A stretch of 64,000 nt of DNA, taken from an uncultured delta proteobacterium. GTDB lineage: Bacteria; Desulfobacterota; Desulfomonilia; UBA1062. Both the position numbers and the translations under genes were made by a program. The notes beneath the pieces are model-generated. The model ran no database searches. It had not been told where the DNA came from and saw nothing but the letters and a program-made list of their open reading frames with translations. Shown here piece by piece: positions 42,816-52,120 of this stretch; within the stretch, counting starts at the first letter, position 1, and each line of letters opens with the position of its first letter. The stretch is from positions 32,001-96,000 of the forward strand of contig CAVVYZ010000002.1 of assembly GCA_963752595.1 (NCBI GenBank), in the 5' to 3' direction.

Positions 42816-45227
42816 CTAGAAAACCTTCTTGAGCGCGTCCTTCAGCTCTTCGGCGGTATAGGGCTTGGCGACGGCACCACTGAAGCCGAATTCCCGGTAG
42901 TTCTCCAGGAGGTTCTCTTCTGCGTAGCCGCTCGACACAATGCCGATCACTCCCGGATCTATCTCCTTGAGCTTCTTCATGGTCTCGGCACCGCCCATGC
43001 CGTTATCGACCGTAAGGTCGAGAATCACTACGTCGAAGGAGCGGCCGGAGCGTTTTGCCTCGATAAACTTCTCGATGGCCTCCTCGCCGTTTTTCGATGA
43101 CTCCACCTGGTACCCCAGGTGCTCAAGGATCTCGGAAGCAGCGTCCCTGATCATCTCTTCGTCGTCCATGGTGAGGATGGACTCCCGGGAGGCGCTTGCA
43201 TGAGGTTGAGCAGCCTCTTCCATCCCCGTTTCCTTAATGCTTGCCGGCAGGTAGATGCTGAATACGCTCCCTGAACCGACATTTGACTCCACAACGATAT
43301 AGCCGCCATGCTTCTTTATGATGGAATAGGCGGTCGTCAGCCCGAGCCCCATTCCTTTCTGTGTGCCTTTGCCCTTGGTCGAAAAGTAAGGATCGAAGAT
43401 CTTATCCTTGATTTCTTCAGGGATTCCTGTCCCCTGATCACGGATGTCGATGACCACATACGGGCCTTGTTTTACGAATTTCGGATGTTCGGTGTTGTCC
43501 TGGCCGATGGTGGTATTTTTTGCGGCTATGGTGATCCGTCCGTCCCCATGCATGGCTTCCCTGGCATTCATGATGATGTTATGGAAGGCATGCATGATCT
43601 GATTCTGGTCGAATTCGACCATCCAGAGGCCGTCCGGAATATCGTACATGCAGGTGATATGCGTTCCCGAGAGTGCGAGATTTACCGCATCCGAAACGAG
43701 CGGCACCAGGGGGGCATTTTTCTTGTTCGAGAGCCCGCCCTTAGCGAGGGTCAGGAACTGCCTGATGAGATCACGGGAACGGGTACATGCCTCGATGGCC
43801 TTTACCAGCCTTTTATTTGCAGGATGATCCTGGGTAATGTGGAACTGCGCAAGCTCGATGTTGCCCAGAATCGTTGCGAGGAGATTATTGAAATCATGGG
43901 CGATGCCGCCGGCAAGCGTGCTGATGGATTCGAGCTTGCTCACCTTGATGTTCTCCTCTTCCTTTATCTTGCGATCCGTAATGTCGCGGGAAACGGCAGC
44001 CACACCCGAGACGGAGCCGTCCGGCTCAAAGAACGGATAATAGCTCAGGAGGCTGTACCGGCTCCCCCATCCCGGATAGTCGAACCATTCTTCATGATGG
44101 ATCTCTTTCCCTTCAAGGGCATTGTCCAGGTGTTTCTTCATCTTTCCGTCGAATACGTCCGGGCCGACGATTTCCGCGACGCTTCGCCCGATGAAATCCT
44201 TGCGCGTTTTGTTGAATGCGGAGAGATAGGCGTCATTGACTGCCTGGAATATATAATTTCCGTCGATGAAGGACATGGGGTTGTGGACCGTGGCGATGAT
44301 GAGTTCATACTTGTGCAGCAGTTCCTCTGCCTTGGTCCTGTTGATAACATCGCCGATCCTTCCTGCGACCGTCTCCAGGGCAATCCTCGAAGTAACGGGA
44401 ATCTTGTCGAAGTCGCGGGAGATCAGGCTTAAAGAAGCTATTACGGAGCCTTCGGATTTTATGGGGATGATCGCAACCCCCCGGATATCATCCGGCGGGA
44501 GTGAAACCCGGAACCTCTTCGAGGCTTCCTGATTGCTCCAGTACAGGGGACGACCCTCTCTGATGAGGAGTACCTGAGGGGACCAGGCATCAAGGTGGGT
44601 CAGGGGTTTCACGAGATTGTCGGGCATGCCCTTCTGTACGACAAGGTCCATTCCCCCTGTGCGTTCCTGGAGTATATAGACACCCCCTGCATCGACTCCC
44701 TCCACCGCCAGGACCGCATCCAGGATGCGGGAAAGCAGCTCGCGAAGCTCCAGGGAAGAGCTCAGGACAAGGCCCAGATCGCGCTGGAAGCGAAGCAGGT
44801 CTTCTATCTGTTTGTGAGGGGTAATGTCCCGGGCAAGGATGGCTATCTCTTCGGGCCTTCTGCCTTCCTGGGAGACCGGATAGAGCATGATGTCATACCA
44901 TATCTGATCCTGTTTATATTCGAACTGCAGGGACTCACCGGAAGAGAACACCTTTTCGGCCTGTTCTTTCCTGAATTGCGATGAATCCGGAGGAAAGTAG
45001 TTCCAGAGACAGGTTCCGATGAATTCCTCATGGTGTATGCCGAGATAGCTTGAGACAACCTCGTTTGCATCCTGAACCGTTCCCTGTTCGTCGATGAGGA
45101 TGAAGAAATCTGTCTGAGCATCGAGGATTGCCCGGATGACGCCGAGATTATGCCGCATCTTGCTGTTTTCCGTTTGCAGTTCCCTGAGATGGTTCTCGGA
45201 ATCTCCCCGGGCTGCTTTTTCAAACAT
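42816..45227 (-). CDS. PAS-GAF-PAS hybrid histidine kinase with receiver domain
   Basis: LAGGIAHDFNN, GMGLGL, MDDEE...DLTV; AAGGAG RBS. Confidence 0.92.
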   Translation of the reverse strand: MFEKAARGDSENHLRELQTENSKMRHNLGVIRAILDAQTDFFILIDEQGTVQDANEVVSSYLGIHHEEFIGTCLWNYFPPDSSQFRKEQAEKVFSSGESLQFEYKQDQIWYDIMLYPVSQEGRRPEEIAILARDITPHKQIEDLLRFQRDLGLVLSSSLELRELLSRILDAVLAVEGVDAGGVYILQERTGGMDLVVQKGMPDNLVKPLTHLDAWSPQVLLIREGRPLYWSNQEASKRFRVSLPPDDIRGVAIIPIKSEGSVIASLSLISRDFDKIPVTSRIALETVAGRIGDVINRTKAEELLHKYELIIATVHNPMSFIDGNYIFQAVNDAYLSAFNKTRKDFIGRSVAEIVGPDVFDGKMKKHLDNALEGKEIHHEEWFDYPGWGSRYSLLSYYPFFEPDGSVSGVAAVSRDITDRKIKEEENIKVSKLESISTLAGGIAHDFNNLLATILGNIELAQFHITQDHPANKRLVKAIEACTRSRDLIRQFLTLAKGGLSNKKNAPLVPLVSDAVNLALSGTHITCMYDIPDGLWMVEFDQNQIMHAFHNIIMNAREAMHGDGRITIAAKNTTIGQDNTEHPKFVKQGPYVVIDIRDQGTGIPEEIKDKIFDPYFSTKGKGTQKGMGLGLTTAYSIIKKHGGYIVVESNVGSGSVFSIYLPASIKETGMEEAAQPHASASRESILTMDDEEMIRDAASEILEHLGYQVESSKNGEEAIEKFIEAKRSGRSFDVVILDLTVDNGMGGAETMKKLKEIDPGVIGIVSSGYAEENLLENYREFGFSGAVAKPYTAEELKDALKKVF

Positions 45228-45499
45228 GAACCGCTCTCCTTTTATGATCCTCACACACAGTTATGACGTATGTATGAGAGATTATCTCTGATGTGTCAAT
45301 ATCACATATCATAGAGCCTGTTCATGCTGTTTCAAACAGATTATTCCCGGCAGCCCGGCTTTAGGGGTCGCCCTTTTTCCCTCTCGCGACTCGCTTGCGG
45401 GTGCCCCGGGGGGAGAATACAGGAGAGGGGGTAAATGCTGATGCCGGCTTCAGGCAGAGGACGCCGATAGAAGAGAGGTCCAAGGAATAAAAATATGGA

Positions 45500-45538
45500 A
45501 AAGCGGCCCCGGAAGATGCCATATCCCCAAGGACCGCG
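45500..45538 (-). terminator. Probable terminator of microprotein operon 2
   Basis: Minus strand GCGGTCCTTGGGGAT...ATCTTCCGGGGCCGC imperfect stem followed by TTTT. Confidence 0.6.
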
Positions 45539-45561
45539 AATGGTTGTTTTGCCGGGAAGGA

Positions 45562-45669
45562 CTATTTTACCCTGTCGGCGACAGGTTCTTTGAAAAGCAC
45601 TCTGGCGGCAAACCTGTATCCGATTCCGATGAAAGATACGATGCCGATGATGGTGAATATGAGTGTCAT
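45562..45669 (-). CDS. 35-aa membrane microprotein B2 (MTLIFTIIGIVSFIGIGYRFAARVLFKEPVADRVK), absent from the ORF track
   Basis: AAGGAG/AGGA RBS; 16/35 identical to B1 and the same length. Confidence 0.78.
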   Translation of the reverse strand: MTLIFTIIGIVSFIGIGYRFAARVLFKEPVADRVK

Positions 45670-45682
45670 GGTCCTTTTCTCC

Positions 45683-45859
45683 TTAAAACATCTGGGCAAT
45701 CATTTGTCTTGCCGGCCCGGAATTGATGCCTATCAGCATAACGATAAGTATGAATACGGCGGTTGCCTCGGCAGGGGTGAGCCCCAGAACTTTGTACGTA
45801 AACCTGATCCCGATCCCTGTCATGAACAAGCATCCGATAATAATCCAAAGGGTAACCAT
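45683..45859 (-). CDS. 58-aa membrane microprotein A2 (MVTLWIIIGCLFMTGIGIRFTYKVLGLTPAEATAVFILIVMLIGINSGPARQMIAQMF), absent from the ORF track
   Basis: GAGGAG RBS; paralog of A1. Confidence 0.88.
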   Translation of the reverse strand: MVTLWIIIGCLFMTGIGIRFTYKVLGLTPAEATAVFILIVMLIGINSGPARQMIAQMF

Positions 45860-45898
45860 CTTCTATCTCCTCTCATGTGTTTATGCGTCCTCACATTG

Positions 45899-45914
45899 AG
45901 CAAGGAGAATGCCA
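45899..45914 (-). promoter_or_regulatory. sigma54 -24/-12 promoter of microprotein operon 2
   Basis: TGGCAT-TCTCC-TTGCT on the minus strand; IHF-like site at 45930-45942. Confidence 0.85.
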
Positions 45915-45977
45915 GGTGACCATCATTTGTAACTTAATGAAAATTAAAGATAAATAAACATTGCAGAAAATGATGAA

Positions 45978-46071
45978 TGACAAATTGACAATATGGGATC
46001 AAATTACTTCGAGGTTTTTGTCAAGTTGGCAAAAATACGGAGTGCAGCCTGAAATATGTGACAACTTGGCA
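45978..46071. promoter_or_regulatory. Three putative bEBP enhancer boxes TGNCA-N3-TGNCA
   Basis: TGACAaatTGACA at 45978, TGTCAagtTGGCA at 46019 and TGACAactTGGCA at 46059; spacing 41 and 40 bp. Confidence 0.75.
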
Positions 46072-46159
46072 AATCTTATTTAAACAGGCAGTGAACCATG
46101 GCCATCCGGAAATCTGAATTCTATCAGGATATTCCCGGCAGCTTGGCTTAAGGGGCACT

Positions 46160-46876
46160 TCACTGGGTCAGCTCGAAGGTAACGCTCACAAAAGACTCGA
46201 AAGTAATCTGGCCGGGGACAATAGGTGTGCCTACGCCTTCGACCTGCATGGTTTGCTCGGTGCCCGGTTCAGCGTTATTAGGGACATACTGGATGTATTT
46301 GATTCTTCTCACGCCCAGTCCTGCCGCTTTTGCAAGCCTCTTTGCATAATCGACAGCATTCTCAAGGGCTTTTTCCGCTGCCTGTTTCCGGAGTTGGTCT
46401 TTGTCGGTCCGGTGAAAGGTGAGTGAACCCACACGGGTTGCTCCTGCACCGACAGCAGTATCGATGGCGGATCCCAGACGTTCTATCCTCGATGTTTGTA
46501 TAAAGATAGAATTGTTCACCCGGTAGCTCCTGGGAACAATCCGGTTTGATTTCTCGAAGAGCTCCTTGTCTCTTTCATACAGAGGTTGAATGGTATAGTT
46601 CGAAGTGGATACCGTGATATCCTTGTTCAGGAGTCTTCTCAATGCGGTTATCACCTTGCCGGAGAGCTCTGCATTCTTCCTGATGGCCGACTCAGCCCTG
46701 GCTTCGGAGTTCTCTACGGAAAAAATTATGGTTGCCAGGTTCGGGGGTGCGGTGATCACGGCCTGCCCGGTTACGTCAATGATAGGTGCAAAGCCCCTAT
46801 CCTGTGCGCCCGAGAAAGCAGGTATCGACACTATGAAAAGTATCATGCCGGCGCATAGTGCAAACCCTCTTCCCAT
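46160..46876 (-). CDS. SIMPL (DUF541) periplasmic protein
   Basis: Signal peptide, IDVTGQA, YTIQPLY, AKRLAKAAG, IVPGQI...VSVTFEL. Confidence 0.88.
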   Translation of the reverse strand: MGRGFALCAGMILFIVSIPAFSGAQDRGFAPIIDVTGQAVITAPPNLATIIFSVENSEARAESAIRKNAELSGKVITALRRLLNKDITVSTSNYTIQPLYERDKELFEKSNRIVPRSYRVNNSIFIQTSRIERLGSAIDTAVGAGATRVGSLTFHRTDKDQLRKQAAEKALENAVDYAKRLAKAAGLGVRRIKYIQYVPNNAEPGTEQTMQVEGVGTPIVPGQITFESFVSVTFELTQ

Positions 46877-47294
46877 ACATCCCTCCGCCGCTGGAGAACT
46901 TGAACTCCCTCCATGGGAAAGCCCTTTTACGGCAAAAAAGCTTGTTTCCCATACCTTATCATTGTCCTGCTATCATATTATAAGAGGAATAAAATCGTTT
47001 TCATCCGGCAGATTGCCTTCCTGTGTGACGGGTGACGTTCAGCGTATTTTACCACGGTAAAAGTATTACTCTCCTTTGGATATAGCCGATATTCTTCTTC
47101 CTTGATTCCCGGATAAATCTCTGAAGTATCATCTTGCCTATCCCTTTGCGAATATGCTCCGGAAGGATGAAATGGAAAGGAAGGGAGCCCGGTACGGATT
47201 ATGGTCAAAGCACCATACTATGGTCGGATATTCTATGGCGGGCTTGGGGGAAATACCTTGAAAACAAAGGAACCTCATTTTGCCCATTGAGTGA

Positions 47295-47349
47295 TTCCAA
47301 TAACTTGCATTAGACGGTGAATTTTACAGATTCTGGCATGCATTTCGCT
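47295..47349 (+). promoter_or_regulatory. sigma54 promoter with IHF-like site upstream of the CoA-transferase operon
   Basis: TGGCAT-GCATT-TCGCT at 47334-47349; TTCCAA-TAAC-TTG at 47295-47307. Confidence 0.65.
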
Positions 47350-47393
47350 TTATGTGGTTGATCAAGTAAAAAAGCAAGATGTGGAGGATATGT

Positions 47394-48485
47394 ATGGCAG
47401 TTTTCGATTACAACAAGGAAGCTCTTGCGAACCTCAAGATAGAGGATACGAGCATCCTGGACAGACTCGTCGACTTCGAGGCGGCAAGAAAGGTTCATCT
47501 GAACAAGGAAAGGGCAAAGAAGGACAAACGTATGTCTCTCAAAGAGGCTGTCGCTGAGTTCGTGAGTGACGGCGATGTTGTCCTGGACACCGGGTTCGGA
47601 TATGTGCGGACATGTATCCAGAGCCATTTCGAGATTTGCCGCCAGGAGAAGAAGAATCTGCAGATGATAGGCGCCCCGAACACGAATCAGAGCTATATGA
47701 GCTTTGCCGGCTGTGTATACTACTCCCACAGTTCCTACACAGGCGCAGAGATGCGGGGCACTGACAAGAATTACAAGAGGATGATGCTGAGCGGGAAGCT
47801 CAAAGTCGTGTCCGAATGGAGTCACGGAGGCGTGGGCCAGGGGCTCAAGGCTGCACAGCTCGGGTGTCCCGGCGTTTTGAGCAAACAAATGCTGGCTTCA
47901 GATATTGTCAGGTACAACCCGTACCTCAACGTGATCCAGAATCCCATGAGGCAGGATCCGGACCCGGTTGTCTTCATCCCTGCCCTCTACCCGGATATCG
48001 TCTTCATCCATGCACAGGTTGCGGATAAGTACGGCAATGCATGGCTCTACGGTCCTACGGTGAACGATGTGGCCGGTGCTGCGGCTGCCAAGAAGGTGGT
48101 CATCACTGCAGAGGAGATCGTTCCCGAAATGGATATCCGAAACAACCGGAAAGGCACCATCATCCCGTTTTTCTATGCCAATGCAGTAGTGGAGTTGCCC
48201 TATGGGGCACTTCCTGGAAGTATGCCCGGTTACTATTACTGGCCGCGCCAGTGGTGGGAAAAGCTTATGCGTTTTGGCGGAGCGAGTGACGAGAACATGA
48301 AGAAGTTTGTCGACGAGTGGATTTTCGGCACCAAGGACCAGATGGAGTTCGTGGAAAAACTCGGCGGCGCCAAGTGGATGATCGAGGCGAGACGACAGAC
48401 AAAGGCTGCCGAGGGAGACAACGAGGATATCGATTTTGCATACCAGGAATACCGGACGGATAACGACCCTGGTATCTACTATTGA
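47394..48485 (+). CDS. Family I CoA-transferase subunit A (glutaconate CoA-transferase GctA-like)
   Basis: MSLKEAVAEFV, PALYPDIVFIHAQVADKYGN, VITAEEIV, VVELPYGA. Confidence 0.88.
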   Translation: MAVFDYNKEALANLKIEDTSILDRLVDFEAARKVHLNKERAKKDKRMSLKEAVAEFVSDGDVVLDTGFGYVRTCIQSHFEICRQEKKNLQMIGAPNTNQSYMSFAGCVYYSHSSYTGAEMRGTDKNYKRMMLSGKLKVVSEWSHGGVGQGLKAAQLGCPGVLSKQMLASDIVRYNPYLNVIQNPMRQDPDPVVFIPALYPDIVFIHAQVADKYGNAWLYGPTVNDVAGAAAAKKVVITAEEIVPEMDIRNNRKGTIIPFFYANAVVELPYGALPGSMPGYYYWPRQWWEKLMRFGGASDENMKKFVDEWIFGTKDQMEFVEKLGGAKWMIEARRQTKAAEGDNEDIDFAYQEYRTDNDPGIYY

Positions 48486-48515
48486 TGCCGATCGACACGA
48501 AAGGAGGAATATGAC

Positions 48516-49304
48516 ATGGAAAAAGACGCTCCGGCAAACGTATTGGAGATATTGGCATATATCATAGCAGCACAGATCAAGGACCACACGATCGTATATG
48601 TGGGGACAGGCCTTCCCATGGTGGCAGGGATCCTTGCACGCAACACCCACGCACCGAACATCACCATGGTCTATGAATCGGGCGGGCAGGACCCCCTGCC
48701 GGGGGACATGCCCTGGTCGGTGGGTGGGCCGTTCACCTGGCGGAAATCCCCCATGATCCAGGAAATGCCTTATTCGTTCGGTCAGGTCTATAACGGCTAC
48801 GTGGACATCGCCTTCTTGGGATTTGCCCAGGTGGACATGTACGGCAACGTGAACACGCATATGATCGGGGACGATTTTCACAAGCCCAAGGCCCGTCTTA
48901 CCGGATCGGGCGGCAACAACGACCTCACCTCGCTCGCGGAGAGCATGGTCATCGTGGGCCTGCAGACACCGGACAAGTTCCCGGAAAAAGTGGATTTCAT
49001 CACCTCTGTCGGCCACTTAACGGGCGGCAATTCCCGGAAGGAGGCAGGGCTCCTCGGGAACGGACCGGTAGCGGTCATCTCCCAGTGCGGGGTATTCGAT
49101 TTCGAGCCCGTCACCAAGAGGATGCGGGTAAAAACTCTGCACCCGGGAATGACCTTCGAGATCGCCCAGGCGTGTACCGGCTTCGAGCTTCTGAAACCTG
49201 AAGGTGAGATCCCCCTGACCCCCATGCCGTCACCCGAAGTGATCCATATCCTCAGGACGAAAGTCGATCCAAGAGGTGTATTTACATCGTTTCCGCCCGC
49301 TTAA
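48516..49304 (+). CDS. Family I CoA-transferase subunit B (GctB-like)
   Basis: YVGTGLP, VYESG (catalytic Glu), AQVDMYGNVN, GSGGNND, LHPG. Confidence 0.9.
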   Translation: MEKDAPANVLEILAYIIAAQIKDHTIVYVGTGLPMVAGILARNTHAPNITMVYESGGQDPLPGDMPWSVGGPFTWRKSPMIQEMPYSFGQVYNGYVDIAFLGFAQVDMYGNVNTHMIGDDFHKPKARLTGSGGNNDLTSLAESMVIVGLQTPDKFPEKVDFITSVGHLTGGNSRKEAGLLGNGPVAVISQCGVFDFEPVTKRMRVKTLHPGMTFEIAQACTGFELLKPEGEIPLTPMPSPEVIHILRTKVDPRGVFTSFPPA

Positions 49305-49318
49305 AGGCCCCCACAGAA

Positions 49319-49349
49319 GAGGGTGCCCCTCGTACACCGGGGCACCCTC
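49319..49349. terminator. Hairpin between convergent genes
   Basis: GAGGGTGCCCC-N9-GGGGCACCCTC 11-bp perfect stem. Confidence 0.7.
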
Positions 49350-49380
49350 CGAGATTACACACGTCAGATACGAAGACTTC

Positions 49381-49848
49381 TCATGCAGGGGCATTGAGGA
49401 TAGCAGTCAGATTATCGAGAAAGCCCCGTTGGGCATCGATGATCTTTTCCCTGGCCGGTTCGAGGGGAAACCATTCCGCACGGTCGATCTCGGGAAATTC
49501 TGTTTTCCTTCCGGACCCCGGAGGCCATTCAAGGGTAAAGGTGTTGCTCTTTATGGAAAGCACGTCGAGGTCTCCTGCGAGGGCCCAGGCCGTAGCCAAT
49601 TTTCCGCCTTTCTGCTTCACCGTGCCCAGTTCCAGAAAAACGCCGTCTGCCCGGCAGCCTGTTTCTTCCTCGAATTCCCGGCGTGCAGCCGTGAGAGGAT
49701 CTTGGTCTTCCTGATATTCTCCTTTTGGGATGGACCATGTGCCCATGTCCCTTTTTGCCCAGAAAGGTCCGCCCGGATGGACAAGGAGGACCTCTATCGT
49801 ATCGTTTATGACGCGATACATGAGTAATCCGGCGCTCCTTTTCGGCAT
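49381..49848 (-). CDS. NUDIX hydrolase
   Basis: SAGLLMYR, HPGGPFW, WSIPKG, AARREFEEETG, FPEIDRA. Confidence 0.92.
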   Translation of the reverse strand: MPKRSAGLLMYRVINDTIEVLLVHPGGPFWAKRDMGTWSIPKGEYQEDQDPLTAARREFEEETGCRADGVFLELGTVKQKGGKLATAWALAGDLDVLSIKSNTFTLEWPPGSGRKTEFPEIDRAEWFPLEPAREKIIDAQRGFLDNLTAILNAPA

Positions 49849-50121
49849 ACCTTAATCCCTTTCCATACTATTCTAACCAAAGAGAGCATCCGAGAAAAGA
49901 ATAGCATGAGATAGGAATGATAGTATCGATTCAATATTTATTCAGAAGATTTTTCCATACAAAGGAAAGGAATCATTAGGCACATTGTCCGTTAACCTCG
50001 CCGGATAAAAGCTGATATGGTCTCACTGCAGTGGTTATAAAGCTTTCATCAGGATATTCTATATGGAAGAGCCCTTGAGGATAGAAATCCTTCGGGTTCA
50101 GCTTTTCTCGAAGGAGGATAT

Positions 50122-50901
50122 ATGACAAGTAGAAGAAGAATTCTTCATACGCTGATCGCGTGCGCTGTATACCTGCTCATCCCCCTTGGAACGATTCATG
50201 CGGATGTTTACCTGAAATACAAACAGCACACGGACCCGTTCGAAGTAATGGGCCAGTTGGAGCCTGCGAAGGATACAATCCGGGAGACGTGGATCTCCAA
50301 GAATATGATTCGTAATAATGAGGGCGCAAAGACAGTCATCATGAGGCTTGACAAGAAGGTGGTCTATTTCATCAATAACCAGCAGAAGAGCTATGCCGAA
50401 TTGCCCATGGATGTGGAAAAAATGGCGAATAAGGCCATCGAGCGTGATGAAAAGATGAGCGAACAGGAAAAGATGCAGGCAAAAGAATTCGTTCAGGGTC
50501 TGATGAAAAACATGTCCGACCTGAATATTACGATCAAGGAAACCGGAGAAAAGAAAAAGATCAATAATTGGGATTGCAGGAAATACATTCAAACAACCAC
50601 AACGGCCATGGGTCCTTCCATAACCGAAATATGGGCCACAAACGATATTAATCTGGACTATGAGCTCCTCAACAGGATGTATGCGTCTAGCATGGTCATG
50701 CTTCCCAGTTTGCGGGATTCAATCGACGGCATCACAAAGGAGATGAACAAGGTAAAAGGGATAACCGTATATTCGGTTTCCACGACCACGGTCATGGATG
50801 CACAGATCAAATCCAGTCAGGAGCTTATGGATTTTGCAGAAAAAGAAATACCTTCGAGTTTCTATGAGCCTCCGGAAGGCTATACCAAGCAGGATATGTA
50901 G
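50122..50901 (+). CDS. Exported DUF4412-like protein
   Basis: Signal peptide, TGEKKKINNWDCRKY, EIWAT, C-terminal FYEPPEGY. Confidence 0.75.
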   Translation: MTSRRRILHTLIACAVYLLIPLGTIHADVYLKYKQHTDPFEVMGQLEPAKDTIRETWISKNMIRNNEGAKTVIMRLDKKVVYFINNQQKSYAELPMDVEKMANKAIERDEKMSEQEKMQAKEFVQGLMKNMSDLNITIKETGEKKKINNWDCRKYIQTTTTAMGPSITEIWATNDINLDYELLNRMYASSMVMLPSLRDSIDGITKEMNKVKGITVYSVSTTTVMDAQIKSSQELMDFAEKEIPSSFYEPPEGYTKQDM

Positions 50902-51016
50902 CATCCTTAAGGGTCGCTCTTGCGATTGGGGATATGCATTGATCACCTTATTTTAATTCATAGAAGCTATCAGTCACTATACTGATGGAAAAACGAGGAA
51001 GGGAGGACAATACAGT

Positions 51017-51280
51017 ATGGGTATACTATCTTGGATAATTGTCGGCTTGATAGCCGGGTGGTTAGCCGGTGTTGTGATGAAAGGAAGCGGCTACGGCGTT
51101 TTGGGCGATATGATCTTAGGAATCATTGGAGCCCTGGTAGGCGGTTTCCTGGCAGGTGCCATATTCGGTATATCAACTCCGGTATCCGGTTTTAACTTCG
51201 GTACCCTTGTGATTGCCTTTCTTGGCGCTGTTGTCGTTGTTGCAATCGTTCGTGCCTTGCCGGGCCGATCTCGGATCTAA
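51017..51280 (+). CDS. GlsB/YeaQ/YmgE (transglycosylase-associated) membrane protein
   Basis: WIIVGLIAGWLA...ILGIIGALVGG; GGAGG RBS. Confidence 0.92.
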   Translation: MGILSWIIVGLIAGWLAGVVMKGSGYGVLGDMILGIIGALVGGFLAGAIFGISTPVSGFNFGTLVIAFLGAVVVVAIVRALPGRSRI

Positions 51281-51306
51281 CCAGCCCTATAAGATTTTCA
51301 GGAAAC

Positions 51307-51346
51307 GGAGTACGCTTCTTTAAAAAAGAGCATACTCCTTTTCTTT
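51307..51346 (+). terminator. Rho-independent terminator
   Basis: GGAGTACGCT...AGCATACTCC stem followed by TTTTCTTT. Confidence 0.65.
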
Positions 51347-51441
51347 CTGACCCGGCACTGCACACGGCTCACTTCCTGTGAAGAGCTTAATAACGCAAGG
51401 GAACCGCTTGGATAAAAGCCTCCATGATTCCTTTAAGCCTC

Positions 51442-52026
51442 TTATGAAGAAAGGGATCGGATACGCGTTATCGATTTTTCGAGGTAATGCTTGAGAAGTA
51501 CTTCGTCACCGAACCAGAAGTGATCCACCCCCTCAAGAATGGTGATGCGTTCCTCCTCCAGCACCTGCAAGAGAGCGCCGTGATCGAAAAACTGATCTTG
51601 TTTGCCTGTCACAGCCCACACATCGTGTCCCTTCAGGGAAGGGAAAGGAAACATGTCAGTGGGAGGGGATATGAGGATGCAGGGCACTTTTGCCTCCTGC
51701 AGGAAACGGGCAGCCACCCATGCACCGAAGGAATATCCGATTAAGACTACAGGACGATCCAGATAATGGATCACGGTTGCAAGATCGAAAGTCTCTCCTA
51801 TGCCGTTGTCGAATTTTCCGCCGCTCCTGCCTACTCCCCGGAAATTGAAACGAAGGGCGGAACATCCCAGGCCGACCATTGTCTGCCATGCAGCCATGAC
51901 CACATTGTTGGACATGCTGCCTCCCATCAGGGAATGCGGGTGCGTGATAACGGCACATAAATCGGAGACATTGTCTTCGAAAACTACTTCCAGTTCGTGG
52001 TCGGTCCCGATGAATATTGATGGCAT
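51442..52026 (-). CDS. Alpha/beta hydrolase
   Basis: HPHSLMGGSM, RFNFRGVGRS, GYSFG nucleophile elbow, DHFW. Confidence 0.9.
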   Translation of the reverse strand: MPSIFIGTDHELEVVFEDNVSDLCAVITHPHSLMGGSMSNNVVMAAWQTMVGLGCSALRFNFRGVGRSGGKFDNGIGETFDLATVIHYLDRPVVLIGYSFGAWVAARFLQEAKVPCILISPPTDMFPFPSLKGHDVWAVTGKQDQFFDHGALLQVLEEERITILEGVDHFWFGDEVLLKHYLEKSITRIRSLSS

Positions 52027-52120
52027 GGATATTGTCTATCCCGATATCAGATAGTTTGCAACCAGGAGCCGGAAAGGAAACCTATAAAAATACAGATGGG
52101 GACGGGATCGGAAAGATCAA

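Noticed and set aside
45340-45480. GC-rich leader upstream of the kinase, ending AGCCGGGCTGCCG on the minus strand, reminiscent of a c-di-GMP-I riboswitch 3' end
   Set aside because: The GGCAAAC/GNRA and GACGCAAAGC core elements are absent; an Infernal search would be needed.
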